Position numbers and translations under genes: made by a program. DNA of 64,000 nt from Felis catus (lineage: Eukaryota). The first letter of the stretch is position 1, and each line of letters begins with the position of its first letter. The stretch covers positions 154,320,001-154,384,000 of the forward strand of contig NC_058368.1 in the NCBI RefSeq assembly GCF_018350175.1, written 5' to 3'. Below, one piece after another: positions 24,581-37,017 of this stretch. The notes below the pieces were generated by a model. That model was given only the letters and a program-made list of their open reading frames with translations, was not told the origin of the DNA and did not search any database.

Positions 24581-26397
24581 TAGTTTATATTTTTCCTAGA
24601 TCAAATACAGCGATGGTGGGAACAAGCAATATCTCTTACACATATAGATTAATGAGGATACTTCCATTTTATTATAGGTGTTGCATTTACGGCAAGTGAA
24701 CTGAATGTTTCCATGTTTATACCCAGTTCTAAAACTCTTTATTGGTAGGCAAGGGTCTCTAAGTGTCAACCTACTCAATTTTTTTAATATACTAAAACTA
24801 AATTGTGGAATCATTTGAGAATTATTTGGACCATGAACTGTAAGCTAAATGCTCCTGACCTAAATTTCGTAACAGCATTATCTATTATTTTTCATGAGCT
24901 TCAGAATCTATTTCCCAAAGATGACTGAACATCATTTATTTATATTACACAAATACCTTAATTCTAGAATTCCCAAACCAAAAAAATGTATTTTAGTCCT
25001 CCCAGTATTTATTTCTTCTGTTCATTTCCATTCTTTACATCCTCAGTGCTAATATTACAGAGTTGTTATTTTCCATTTTACCTGAACTATTCTAATAACC
25101 TTGCAACAAATTACTGCTGAGCCTTTACCCCCATATCCCATCACTACTAAAAGATATAATATGCTTCCATCAATAACAGTGGATCATTAGCAATCATTTA
25201 CAGTAAGGGATACCTCAATGGAATGGGAACGAATGTATCAGAACTCTCACACATGGGAATTTCATATAATTTGAAGTCCCACTTTTATATTTAGAAACAT
25301 CTCCGATACATGAAAGGAACAATGAATTCAGCATGCAATAATTTAAATAGGAGTTTTCTTTTGTTTTTAACCTAAGAATCCTGGAAGAAGCCTGCTATGG
25401 ACAACTCAAGGCTATCAGCTCTCATCAATTGTCTTGGAAATTATGGACATACAGTGGTTATGTCACTTCAGTAATTACCTCATTATTAGAGGCAGGTAGA
25501 ATGGGGTAGGGGGAAGCACTAACACTCTGTACCTTTAATAGAGAAATCCCTCCCAGAAGTCTTGCCAGAGTGATATTTATTTTTTGATGGCCTAAACTGT
25601 CACATGTCTACCCTTGTTTCAGGAAAGACAAGACAAGCATTATTTTCTTATCTACCATTATGAAGATAGGAAAACGTGATAGGACATAGGGATTGGAAAA
25701 AAATGGAAATAAGGGTTGAGTTGGCCAATTCTTGGTGTCCTTCATGTCACTCCAGGGAAATGTGTCTCATCTATGTTGACAATCACTGTGTGATGCTTCT
25801 TGCTTCCACTCCTTAAACTTACCAATTCATTTTGCTAACTGCCAAAAAAGTGCCCTTTCTTTAAAATAATGATCATGTACAGTCTTACCTAAAATATATA
25901 GTGCCCTTGTTTTCAATGGAGCAACAATTTAGAACACTGTGATGTTAATGGCACAGTGATATAATGTGTTAGATTCAAAGGTGTGCCATTTTTTAAAGCC
26001 TTTTATTTTAATTCCAGTATAGTTAACATATGGTGTTAGTTTTAGGTATACAATATAGTGATTCAACAACTGTGTACATTACTCAGTGCCCATCATGATA
26101 AGTATACTCTTTAGTACCCATCCCCTATTTCACCAGTTCTCCCTACCCACCTCCCATTTAGTAACCATCATTTTGTTCTCTGTACTTAAGAGACTGTTTC
26201 TTGGTTTGTTTCTTTCCCTTTCTTTTTTCTTTTCCATTGCTCATTTGGTTTCTGTTAAATTCCACATATGAGTGAAATCATATGGTATTTGTCTTTCTCT
26301 GATTGACTTATTTCACCTACCATTGTACTTTCTAGCTCCATCCATGTTATTGCAAATGGCATGGTTTCATTCTTTTCATGACTGAATAATATTTCTT

Positions 26398-26398
<1 letters not shown>

Positions 26399-26445
<47 letters not shown>
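26399..26445. repeat. (GT)n(GC)n microsatellite
   Basis: Direct reading. Confidence 0.9.
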
Positions 26446-26446
<1 letters not shown>

Positions 26447-27200
26447 CTGTGTGTACACACACTTCTTTATCTGTCCATTAGTCGATGGACACGTGGACTG
26501 CTTCTATAATTTGGCTGTTGTAAATACTGCTGCAGTAAATACAGGGGTGCATGTATCCCTTTGATTTAATGTTTTGTATTTGAATATTCAGGTAAATATC
26601 CAGTAGTGTGATTACTGGATCATAGGGTAGTTCTATTAAAAAATTTCACAGAACCTCTATACTGTTTTCCATACTGGCTCTACCAGTTTGGGTTCCTACT
26701 AACAGTGCAAGAGGGTTCCTTTCTCTCCACATCCTAACCAGCAGCTTTTATTTCTTTTGCTTTTTTATTTTAGCCATTTGTATGAATGTGAAATGATAGG
26801 TTTTTGTAGTTTTGATTTGCATTTCCCTGATAGTGATGTTGAGCATCTTTTCATGTTGGCCATCTGGATGTTTTCTGTGGAGAAATGTCTGTTGATGTCT
26901 TCTTCCCATTTTTTTTTAATTTTAAAAAATTTATTTTAAATTTTTTAATTTTTTTAAATTTGTTTAACGTTTATTCATTTTTTTAATATATGAAATTTAT
27001 TGTCAAATTGGTTTCCATACAACACCCAGTGCTCATCCCAAAAGATGCCCCCCTCAACACCCATCACGCACCCTTGCCTCCCTCCCACCCCCCATCAACC
27101 CTCAGTTCTGAGTTTTTAAGAGTCTCTTATGCTTTGGCTCTCTCCCACTCTAACCTCTTTTTTTTTCCTTCCCCTCCCCCATGGGTTTCTGTTAAGTTTC

Positions 27201-30200
27201 TCAGGATCCACATAAGAGTGAACACATATGGTATCTGTCTTTCTATGTATGGCTTATTTCACTTAGCATCACACTCTCCAGTTCCGTCCACGTTGCTACA
27301 CAGGGCCATATTTCATTCTTTCTCATTGCCACGTAGTACTCCATTGTGTATATAAACCACAATTTCTTTATCCATTCATCAGTTGATGGACACTTAGGCT
27401 TTTTCCACAATTTGGCTATTGTTGAGAGTGCTGCTATAAACATTGGGGTACAGTGCCCCTATGCATCAGTACTCCGGTATCCCTTGGGTAAGTTCCTAGC
27501 AAATTTACTAGCAAAAAGGGTAGTAAATTCCTACCCTTGGGTAAATTCCTGCTGGGTCATAGGGTAGGTCTATTTTTAATTTTGTGAGGAACCTCCACAC
27601 TGTTTTCCAGAGTGGCTGCAACAGTTTGCATTCCCACCAACAGTGCAAGAGGGTTCCCGTTTCTCCACATCCTTGCCAGCATCGATAGTCTCCTGATTTG
27701 TTCATTTTGGCCACTCTGGCTGGCATGAGGTGATATCTGAGTGTGGTTTTGATTTGTATTTCCCTGATGAGGAGCGACGTTGAGCATCTTTTCATGTGCC
27801 TGTTGGCCATCTGGATGTCTTCTTTAGAGAAGTGTCTATTCATGTTTTCTGCCCATTTCTTCGCTGGGTTATTTGTTTTTTGGGTGTGGAGTTTGGTGAG
27901 CTCTTTATAGATTTTGGATACTAGCCCTTTGTCTGATATGTCATTTGCAAAATTCTTTTCCCATTCCGTTGGTTGCCTTTTAGTTTTGTTGATTGTTTTT
28001 CCTTTGCTGTGCAGAAGCTTTTTATCTTCATGATGTCCCAATAGGTCATTTTTGCTTTTAATTCCCTTGCCTTTGGGGATGTGTCAAGTAAGAAATTGCT
28101 GCAGCTGAGGTCAGAGAGGTCTTTTCCTGCTTTCTCCTCTAGGGTTTTGATGTTTTCCTGTATCACATCCAGGTCCTTTATCCATTTTGAGTTTATTTTT
28201 GTGAATGATGTGAGAAAGTGGTCTAGTTTCATCCTTCTGCATGTTGTTGTCCAGTTCTCCCAGCACCATTTGTTAGAGACTTTTTTCCATTGGATATTCT
28301 TTCCTGCTTTGTGAAAGATGAGTTAGCCATACTTTTGTGGGTCTAGTTCTGGGGTTTCTATTCTATTCCATTGGTCTATGTGTCTGTTTTTGTGCCAATA
28401 CCATGCTGTCTTGATGGTGACAGCTTTGTAGTAGAGGCTAAAGTCTGGGATTGTGATGCTCCTGCTTTGGTGTTCTTCTTCAAAATTACTTTGGCTATTT
28501 GGGGCCTTTTGTGGTTCCATATGAATTTTAGGATTGCTTGTTCTAGCTTCGAGAAGAATGCTGGTGCAATTTTGATTCGGATTGCATTGAATGTATAGAT
28601 AGCTCTGGGTAGTATTGACATTTTCACAATATTTATTCTTCCAAACCATAAGCATGGAATGTTTTTTCATTTCTTTATATCTTCTTCAATTTCCTTCATA
28701 AGCTTTCCATAGTTTTCAGCATACAGATCTTGTACGTCTTTGGTTAGATTTATCCCTAGGTATTTTATGCTTCTTGGTGCAATTGTGAATGGGATCAGTT
28801 TCTTTATTTGTCTTTCTGTTGCTTCATTATTAGTGTATAAGAATGCAACTGATTTCTGTACATTGATTTTGTATCCTGCAACGTTGATGAATTCATGTAT
28901 CAGTTCTAGCAGACTTTTGGTGGAGTCTATCGGATTTTCCATGTATAATATCATGCCATCTGCAAAAAGTGAAAGTTTGACTTAACCTTTGCCAATTTTG
29001 ATGTCTTTGATTTCCTTTTGTTGTCTGATTGCTGATGCTAGCATTTCCAACACTATGTTAAACAATAGCGGTGAGAGTGGACATCCCTGTTGTGTTCATG
29101 ATCTCAGGGGGAAAGCTCTCAGTTTTTCCCCATTGAGGATGATATTAGCTGTGGGCTTTTCATAAATGGCTTTTATGATGTTTAAGTATGTTCCTTCTAT
29201 CCCGACTTTCTCGAGGGTTTTTATTAAGAAAGGATGCTGAATTTTGTCAAATGCTTTTTCTGCATCTATTGACAGGATCATATGATTCTTTTCTTTAATT
29301 AATGTGATGTATCACGTTGATTGGTTCACGAGTGTTGAACCAGCCCTGCATCCCAGGAATGAAATCCACTTGATCATGGTGAATAATTCTCTTTATATGC
29401 TGTTGAATTCGATTTGCTAGTATCTTATTGAGAATTTTTGCATCCATATTCATCAGGGATATTGGCCTGTAGTTCTCTTATTTACTGGGTCTCTGTCTGG
29501 TTTAGGAATCAAAGTAATACTGGTTTCATAGAATGAGTCTGGAAGTTTTCCTTCCCTTTTGATTTTTTGGAGTAGCTTGAGAAGAATAGGTATTGTCTCT
29601 GCTTTTAACGTCTGGTAGAATTCCCCAGGGAAGCCCTCTGGTCTGAACTCTTATTTGTTGGGAGATTTTTGATAACTGATTCAATTTCTTCACTGGTTAT
29701 GGGTCTGTTCCAGCTTTCTATTTCCTTCTGTTTGAGTTTTGGAAGTGTGTAGGTGTTTAGGAATTTGTCCATTTCTCCCAGGTTGTCCAGTTTGTTGGCA
29801 TATAATTTTCATAGTATTCCCTGATAATTGCTTGTATTTCTGAGGGATTGGTTGTAATAATTCCATTTTCGTTCATGATTTTGTCTATTTGGGTCATCTC
29901 CCTTTTCTTTTTGAGAAGCCTGGCTAGAGGTTTATCAATTTTGTTTATTTTTTCAAAAAAACCAACTCTTGGTTTCATTGATCTGCTCTACAGTTTTTTT
30001 TTAGATTCTATATTGTTTATTTCTGCACTAATCTTTATTGTTTCTCTTCTTCTGCTGGGTTTGGGATGTCTTTGCTGTTTTGCTTCTATTTCCTCTAGGT
30101 GTGCTGTTAGATTTTGTATTTGGGATTTTTCTTGTTTCTTGAGATAGGCCTGGATTGCAATGTATTTTCCTCTCAGGACTGCCTTCGCTGCATCCCAAAG

Positions 30201-31281
30201 CGTTTGGATTGTTGTGTTTTCATTTTCGTTTGTTTCCATATATTTTTTAATTTCTTCTCTAATTTCTTGGTTGACCAATTCATTATTTAGTAGGGTGTTC
30301 TTTAACCTCCATGCTTTTGGAGGTTTTCCAGACTTTTTCCTGTGGTTGATTTCAAGCTTCATAGCATTGTGATCTGAAAGTATGCATGGTATGATCTCAA
30401 TTCTTGTATACTTATGAAGCGCTGTTTTGCGACCCATTATGTGATCTATCTTGGAGAATGTTCCATGTGCACTCGAGAAGAAAGTATATTCTGTTGCTTT
30501 GGGATGCAGAGTTCTAAATATATCTGTCAAGTCCATCTGATCCAATGTATCATTCAGGGCCCTTGTTTCTTTATTGACCGTGTGTCTGGATGATCTATCC
30601 ATTTCTGTAAGTGGGGTGTTAAAGTCCCCTGCAATTACCAGATTCTTGTCAATAAGGTTGCTTATGTTTGTGAGTAATTGTTTTATATATTAGGGGGCTC
30701 CCGTATTCGGTGCATAGACATTTATAATTGTTAGTTCTTTTTTTTCAACGTTTATTTATTTTTGGGACAGAGAGAGACAGAGCATGAACAGGGGAGGGGC
30801 AGAGAGAGAGGGAGACACAGAATCAGAAACAGTCTCCAGGCCCTGAGCCATCAGCCCAGAGCCTGACGCGGGGCTCAAACTTACAGACCACGAGATCGTG
30901 ACCTGGCTGAAGTCGGACGCTTAACCGACTGCACCACCCAAGCGCCCCTATAATTGTTAGTTCTTCTTGATGGATAGACCCTGTAATTATTATATAATGC
31001 CCTTCTTTATCTCTTGTTACAGCCTTTAACTTAAAGTCTACTTTGTCTGATATAAGTATGGCTACCCCAGCTCTTTTTTGACTTCCAGTAGCATGATAAA
31101 TGGTTCTCCATCTCCTCACTTTCAATCTGAAAGTGTTCTCAGGTCTAAAATGAGTCTCTTGTAGACAGCAAATAGATGGGTCTTGTTTTTTTATCCATTC
31201 TGATACCTTATGTATTTTGGTTGGCGCATTTAGTCCATTTACATTCAGTGTTATTATAGAGAGATATGGGTTTAGAGTCAT
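27201..31281 (-). pseudogene. ORF2: L1 ORF2p (endonuclease/reverse transcriptase), frameshifted and interrupted by a SINE
   Basis: MTLNPYLSIITLNVNGLN start; EN 'SDHNAMKLE'; RT '[15 protein letters not shown]' and 'LFADGMILY'; C-terminal 'MFIAALSTIAKLWKKPKCPS'; many frame breaks. Confidence 0.95.
30740..30948 (-). mobile_element. young CAN-SINE inside the L1 endonuclease domain
   Basis: CpG-rich; exact 17-bp TSD tataattgttagttctt (30723-30739, 30949-30965). Confidence 0.96.
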
Positions 31282-31331
31282 TGTGATGTCTGTAGGTTTC
31301 ATGATTGTAGCGATGTCTCTGGTACTTTGTC

Positions 31332-32216
31332 TCACAGGATTCCCCTTAGGATCTCCTGGGGCTGGTTTAGTGGTAATGAATTCCTTCAGTTTTGTTTGTT
31401 TGGGAAGACCTTTATCTCTCCTTCTTTCTAAATAACAGATTTGCTGGATAGAGGATTCTCGGCTGCATTTTTTTTCTGTTCATCACATTGAAGATTTCCT
31501 GCCATTCCTTTCTGGCCTGCCAAGTTTCAAAAGAGAGATCAGTCACGAGTCTTATCCATCTCCCTTTATATGTTAGAGCGTGTTTATCCCTAGCTGCTTT
31601 CAGAATTATCTCTTTATCCTTTTAATTTGCCAGTTTCACTATGATATGTTGTGCAGAAGATCGATTCAAGTTACATCTGAAGGGAGTTCTCTGTGCCTCT
31701 TGGATTTCAGTGCCTTTTTTCTTCACCAGTTCAGAGAAGTTCTCAGCTATTACTTCTTCAAGTACACCTTCAGCACCTTTCCCTCTCTCTTCCTCCTCTG
31801 GAATACCAATTATGCGTAGATTATTTCTCTTTAGTGCATCACTTAGTTCTCTAATTTTCCCCTCATACTCCTGGATTTTTTTCTATTTTTCTCAGCTTTT
31901 TCTTTTCCCATAACTTTATCTTCTAGTTCACCTATTCTCTCCTCTGCCTCTTCAATCCGAGATGTGGTTGTCTCCATTTTATTTTGCAGCTCATTAATTG
32001 CATTTTTAGCTCCTCCTGGCTGTTTCTTAGTCCCTTGATCTCTGTAGCAATAGATTCTCTGCTGTCCTTTATACTGTTTTCAAGCCCAGCAATTAATTTT
32101 GTGCCTATTATTCTAAATTCACTTTCTGTTATATTGTTTAAATCCTTTTTGGTCAGTTCATTAGCTGTCGTTATTTCCTGGAGATTCTTTTGAGGGGAAT
32201 TCTTCGATTTCGTCAT
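31332..32216 (-). pseudogene. ORF1: L1 ORF1p, frameshifted
   Basis: ATG at 32216 (MTKSKNSPQKNLQE..., coiled-coil heptads); C-terminal ...ILRGIL* just before ORF2. Confidence 0.88.
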
Positions 32217-33299
32217 TTTGGATAGTCCTTGGAGTGGTGGGGAACTGCTGGGCACTTACCCTGTGCTGTCTTGAATAAGTTGCATTGGTGGGGAGGGCCG
32301 CAGTCAGACCTGATGTCTGCCCCAGCCCACCACTGGGGCCACAGTCAGACTGCTGTGTACCTTCTCTTCCCCTCTCCTAAGAGCGGGATTCACTGTGCTG
32401 TGGCATGGCTTGTATGGGCTACTTGCACACTGCCAGGCTTGTGGTGTTGAGGATCTGGTGTTAGCTGGGGTGGATCGGCAAGGTGCACAGGGGCAGGAGG
32501 GGCAGGCTCGTCTCGCTTTTCCTTCGGAGATCCACTTTGGGAGGGACCCTGCGGCACTGGGAGGGAGTCAGACCCACCAGAGGGATGGATCCACAGAAGC
32601 ACAGCCTTGGGTGTTTGCTAGGTGCAAGCAAACCGGCTGGGGGACAGATGACGGAGATGGCACTGGCGAGCGCCTTTGTTCCCCACCAAGGCCCGTTCTG
32701 TTGTCCAGGGCTCAACAACTCTCCCTCCCGTTGTCCTCCAGCCCTCCCGCTCTCTGAGCAGAGCTGTTAGCTTATAACCTTCCAGATGTTAAGTCTCACT
32801 CACTATCTGAACATACCCTGTTCGGCCCCTCTGCTTTTGTAAGCCAGACTCGGGGACTCTGCTTTTCCTGCAGGCTGCCCCTCCACCCCGGCTCCCTCCC
32901 ACCAGCGTGTAGCGCGCACCACCTCTCTGCCTTTCGTACCCTCTTCCGTGGGCCTGTGGTCTACACTTGGGTCTGGAGAATCCATTCTGCTAGTCTTCTG
33001 GTGGTTTTTGGGTTATTTAGGCAAGTGTGGGTAGAATCTAATTGATCTGCAGGATGCGGTGAGCCCAGCGTCCTCCTACACTGCCATTTTCAAGCCCCCT
33101 CCCTAACGTTTTTCCTTTTTTTTAAATTGAGTTATTGGTTGTGTGGGTGTTGAATTGTATCAGTTTTGTATATGTTTTGGATACCAACCTTTATTGGATA
33201 TGTCATTTCCAACTATCTTTTCTCATTCAGTAGGTTGCCTTTTAGTTTTGTTGACTGTTTCTTTCACTGTGCTAAAGCTTTTCATTTGGAAGCTTTTTA

Positions 33300-33388
33300 T
33301 TTTTTAATTTAATTTAATTTAATTTAATTTAATTTAATATTACTTTATTTTATTTTATTTTATTTTATTATTTTATTTTATTTTATTT
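33300..33388. repeat. (ATTTA)n/(ATTTT)n microsatellite
   Basis: Direct reading. Confidence 0.85.
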
Positions 33389-34296
33389 GTCAGAAATGGT
33401 CTGACACATAGGTGCTTATTTCATTTTGAGTTTTGTGTGTGTATTGTGAGAAAAAGTGGTCCATTTTCATTCTTTTCCATGTTACTGTACAGTTTTCCCA
33501 ACACCATTTGTTGAAGAGACTTCCCATTACATATGTTTGCCTCTTTTGTCAAAGATTAATGGGCCAAATAATTTGGGTTTATTTCTGAATTTTCTGTTCC
33601 ATTGAAGTATGTGTCTATTTTTGTGCATAACCATACTGTTTTGATTACTATAGCTTTGTAATATAACTTCAGGTCTGCAATTGTGATACCTCCAGTTCTA
33701 TTTTTCTTTTATAGGATTGCTTTGGCCAGTCAGGGTCTTTTGTGGTCCATACAAATTTTAGAATTGTTTGTTCTAGTTCTGTGAAAAATGCTCTTGATAT
33801 TTTGATAGGGATTGCATTAAATCTGTAGATTGCTTTGGGCAGTAAAGACATTTTGACAATATTTGTTCTTCCAGTCAATGAGCATGAAATGTTTATTTCT
33901 GTGTCATATTCAGTTTCCTTTATCAATATTTTATCGTATTCAGAGTATAGGTCTTTTATCTTTTTGGTTAAGTTTATTCCTGGGTATTTTATTATTTTTT
34001 GTTACAATTGTAAATGGTACTGTTTTCCTAATTCTCTTTCTGCTGCTTCATTATTAATCTATAGAAATGCCACAGATTTCTGTTTATTGATTTTTATATT
34101 CTGTGCCTTTACTGAATTCATTTATTAGTTCTAATAATTTTTTGGTGGAGTTAGGGTTTTCTATATATAGAATCATATCATCTGCAGATAGTGAAAGTTT
34201 TACTTCTTTACCAGTTTGAATGCCTTTCTTTTTGTTGTTGCTATTGTCTGATTTCTGTGGCTAGGACTTCCAGTACTATGTTGAATAAAATTGTGA

Positions 34297-34431
34297 GGGG
34301 TACCTGGGTGGCTCAGTCAGTCGAGCTTCTGACTCTTGATTTTAGCTCAGGTCATGATCTCATGGTTTGTGAGATAGAGCCCACTGACAGCATGGAATCT
34401 CCTTGGGATTTTCTCTTCTTCCCTTCCCTTC

Positions 34432-34482
<51 letters not shown>

Positions 34483-34508
34483 ATAAATAAGTAAAACATT
34501 CTTTAAAA
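34297..34508 (+). mobile_element. CAN-SINE inside the host L1
   Basis: ggggtacctgggtggctcagtc head, long (CT)n, aataaa tail. Confidence 0.92.
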
Positions 34509-35583
34509 AGTTGAGAGAGTGGACATCCTTATCTTGCTCCTGACTTTAGGGGAAATGTTCTTTTTTCCCCATTAAGTATGATGTTCCCTGTGGGTTTTTC
34601 ATATGTGGCCTTTATTATGTTGAGGTATGTTCCCTCTAAACCACTTTGCTGAGTGTTTTTTCTTTCCTTCATCTATAATGATTATATGTTTTTATATACT
34701 TTGACTTAAGGATTTTAGTTATCATGTTGATTAATTTACAGATATTAAACCACCCTTGTATCCTGGGAATGAATCCCACTTGATTGTGGTGAATGATCTT
34801 TTTTTTTTTTTTAACGTTAGATTTTATTTGCTAGTACTTTGCTGAGGATTTTTGTATCTGTGTTCATCAGAGATATTTTCTTATGGTTCTGTATTTTGTG
34901 TAGCATTCTTATTGGTTTGAGTATTAGGGTAATGCGCTCCTCATAGAATGAATTTGAAAGTTTTCTTTCCTCTTCTATTTTTTGGAATTATTTGAGAAGA
35001 ATGAGTATTAATTCTTATTTAATGTTTGTTAGAATTCACCTAATGTAGCTGTCTGGTCCTCAACTTTTGTTTTTTGAGAGTTTTCTGATGACTGATTCAA
35101 TTTCATTGCTGGTAATTGGTCTGTTCAAATATTTTATTTCTTCCTGCTTCAATTGTGGTAGGTTATATGTTTCTAGGAATTTGTCCATTTCTTTCAAGTT
35201 GTCCAATTTGTTGGCAGATCATTTTTCAAAATATTCTCTTACATTTGTTTGTTTCTGTGGTGTTGGTTGTTGTTTCACTTCTTTCATTAGTGATTTTGAT
35301 TGAGAGCACTCTCTCCCTCTCTCTAGCTCTTTCACTCTCTCCCTCCCTGAGTCCGGCTAGAGGTTTATCAATATAGTTGATCTTTTCAAAGACCCATCTC
35401 CTGGTTTCATGGATTTTTTTCCATTATTATTTTTTTAGTTTTTCTATCATTTATTTCTGCTCTAATATGTATTAATTCTCTCTTTTTACTCCTTTAGGGT
35501 TTCGTTTGTTCTTTTTCTAGCTCCTTTAGCTGTAAAGTTAGGTTGTTTATTTGAGATTTTTCTTGTAGAGGTGTATCATTTTT

Positions 35584-35813
35584 GAATGATTTACCTCACT
35601 AAATCACTTTAGGGAGAATAAAAACCATGATAACCCTACATTTTCTTTCTTTCTTTCTTTTTTTACTGTGATTTTCTACATTACATGGTAAAGCACCAAC
35701 ATATATGGAATGGAAGGAATTTCACTAATCTTGGCTCTGTGCATGTCGTTGAGTCATATATGTAAATATCATCTGCCCTACGTATGGCAGGGAAACACAT
35801 GTTGAAAACTGCT
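35584..35813. mobile_element. probable hAT/Charlie-type relic (left part at about 25905-25993), split by L1
   Basis: Charlie-like terminus 'gttgaaaactgct'; joins across the L1 TSD. Confidence 0.4.
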
Positions 35814-35814
35814 A

Positions 35815-36320
35815 ACTTGCAAGATAAGGCCCAAAACCATTTGTGTGAATCAAAGAAATTTCTCTGATTTGAACCTTACCAGTCTTTTCAGTAACTCCAC
35901 TCCTGCAGTACCCAGACTTTTTACCTTAGTCTTTATGGCCTCGTTTCATGTTTCAATACATTTTTTTTTCCATCTGTGTCATGGCATTTGTATATCCTTG
36001 TCTAGTCATTTTTAAGAACTCTGAGTCATTCTTAACTGTCAATCTTAAAAATAACTCTGAGTCATTCCTAAAAACTCAAGTTAAATGTAATTTTTCTCAC
36101 AAAGTTCCTGACCTCTCTAGACTTAGGTAAATTCTTTCCCTTTGGTTCCCAGGGTGCCTTATTCATACTGCTATAAAAGGTTGTAATTGCATTATTTTAT
36201 GCCTCCCTTCTTTTGACTGTGAAATCTTATAAAAGTTACAAACTGTGCTCTATTAATCCATAAATTTTTAACTACTAACATTTCTGGCACATAATAGGCA
36301 CTTAATCATTTATTGACCAA
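35815..36320 (+). mobile_element. L2 relic (continues an L2 fragment at about 25770-25905)
   Basis: Canonical L2 3' end 'tctggcacataataggcacttaatcatttattga'. Confidence 0.65.
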
Positions 36321-36781
36321 GCAACTTTTATTAAGTTAAAATAGGCAATCTTCATTTTGACAAACCATTTTATTGTGAAACTAAATAAATGATTAACCCT
36401 TTAGAATTTTTAAATTAAATTTTAATTGTTGCCAAAATTTCTATCAGGCAATGGTATGTTCTCATTTAAGTGAAGAATACAAATAGTATACAGTGCTCTA
36501 AATTGTTCTTCAATTCAAGGTACTATAAAAATAACTTCTGCTGAATCATTTGTTGACTTTAGCAATATTGCTGCCTGGGGGCTACATAGTAACCAAGCTA
36601 TTAATTGAAAAACAATCTTGGCCATGATTTTGTTACTAATGAACAATTAGTAAATGTCATGATAGTTAAAACCATCAACTTTCTTGATTATATTCTTGAA
36701 GTTAGAATTGTTTGTAATATTACTTTTTTTTAAATTTATTCACTGACTAATCCAGTCAATATGTATTTATTTGATCATTTC

Positions 36782-36994
36782 TTTTTTTTTAAATTTTTTA
36801 ACGTTTATTTATTTTTGAGACAGAGAGCATGAACGGGGGTGGGGCAGAGAGAGAGGGAGACACAGCATGGGAAGCAGGCTCCAGGCTCTGAGCCATCAGC
36901 CCAGAGCCCGACACAGGGCTCGAACTCACGGACCGCGAGATCATGACCTGAGCTGAAGTCAGACGCTCAACCGACTGAGCCACCCAGGTGCCCC
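36782..36994 (-). mobile_element. young CAN-SINE (SINEC_Fc)
   Basis: Exact TSD tatttgatcatttc (36768-36781, 36995-37008). Confidence 0.96.
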
Positions 36995-37017
36995 TATTTG
37001 ATCATTTCAATCCACTA

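Larger units (their letters stand above)
26985..33103 (-). mobile_element. full-length felid LINE-1 (L1_Fc-like), inactivated
   Basis: GC/CpG-rich 5'UTR starting gggagggggcttgaaaatggc (YY1-like), ORF1, short spacer, ORF2 with EN/RT/C-terminal remnants, 3'UTR with aataaa. Confidence 0.96.
25994..35568 (-). mobile_element. carnivore LINE-1 (26000-26910 and 33120-35568), host of the full-length L1
   Basis: ORF2 sequence is continuous across the insertion (tcttcccattttt ... aaattggagttattgg); TSD aggtgtgccattttt (25979-25993) / aggtgtatcattttt (35569-35583). Confidence 0.85.

Noticed and set aside
25935..25958. CACTGTG-10 nt-CACAGTG, which looks like an Ig/TCR D segment between RSS heptamers
   Set aside because: No ACAAAAACC-like nonamer at 12 or 23 bp on either side; it sits in a decayed transposon with no V or J segments nearby
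32229..32985. Cluster of overlapping GC-rich ORFs
   Set aside because: They lie in the L1 5'UTR; the lack of stops is due to GC content
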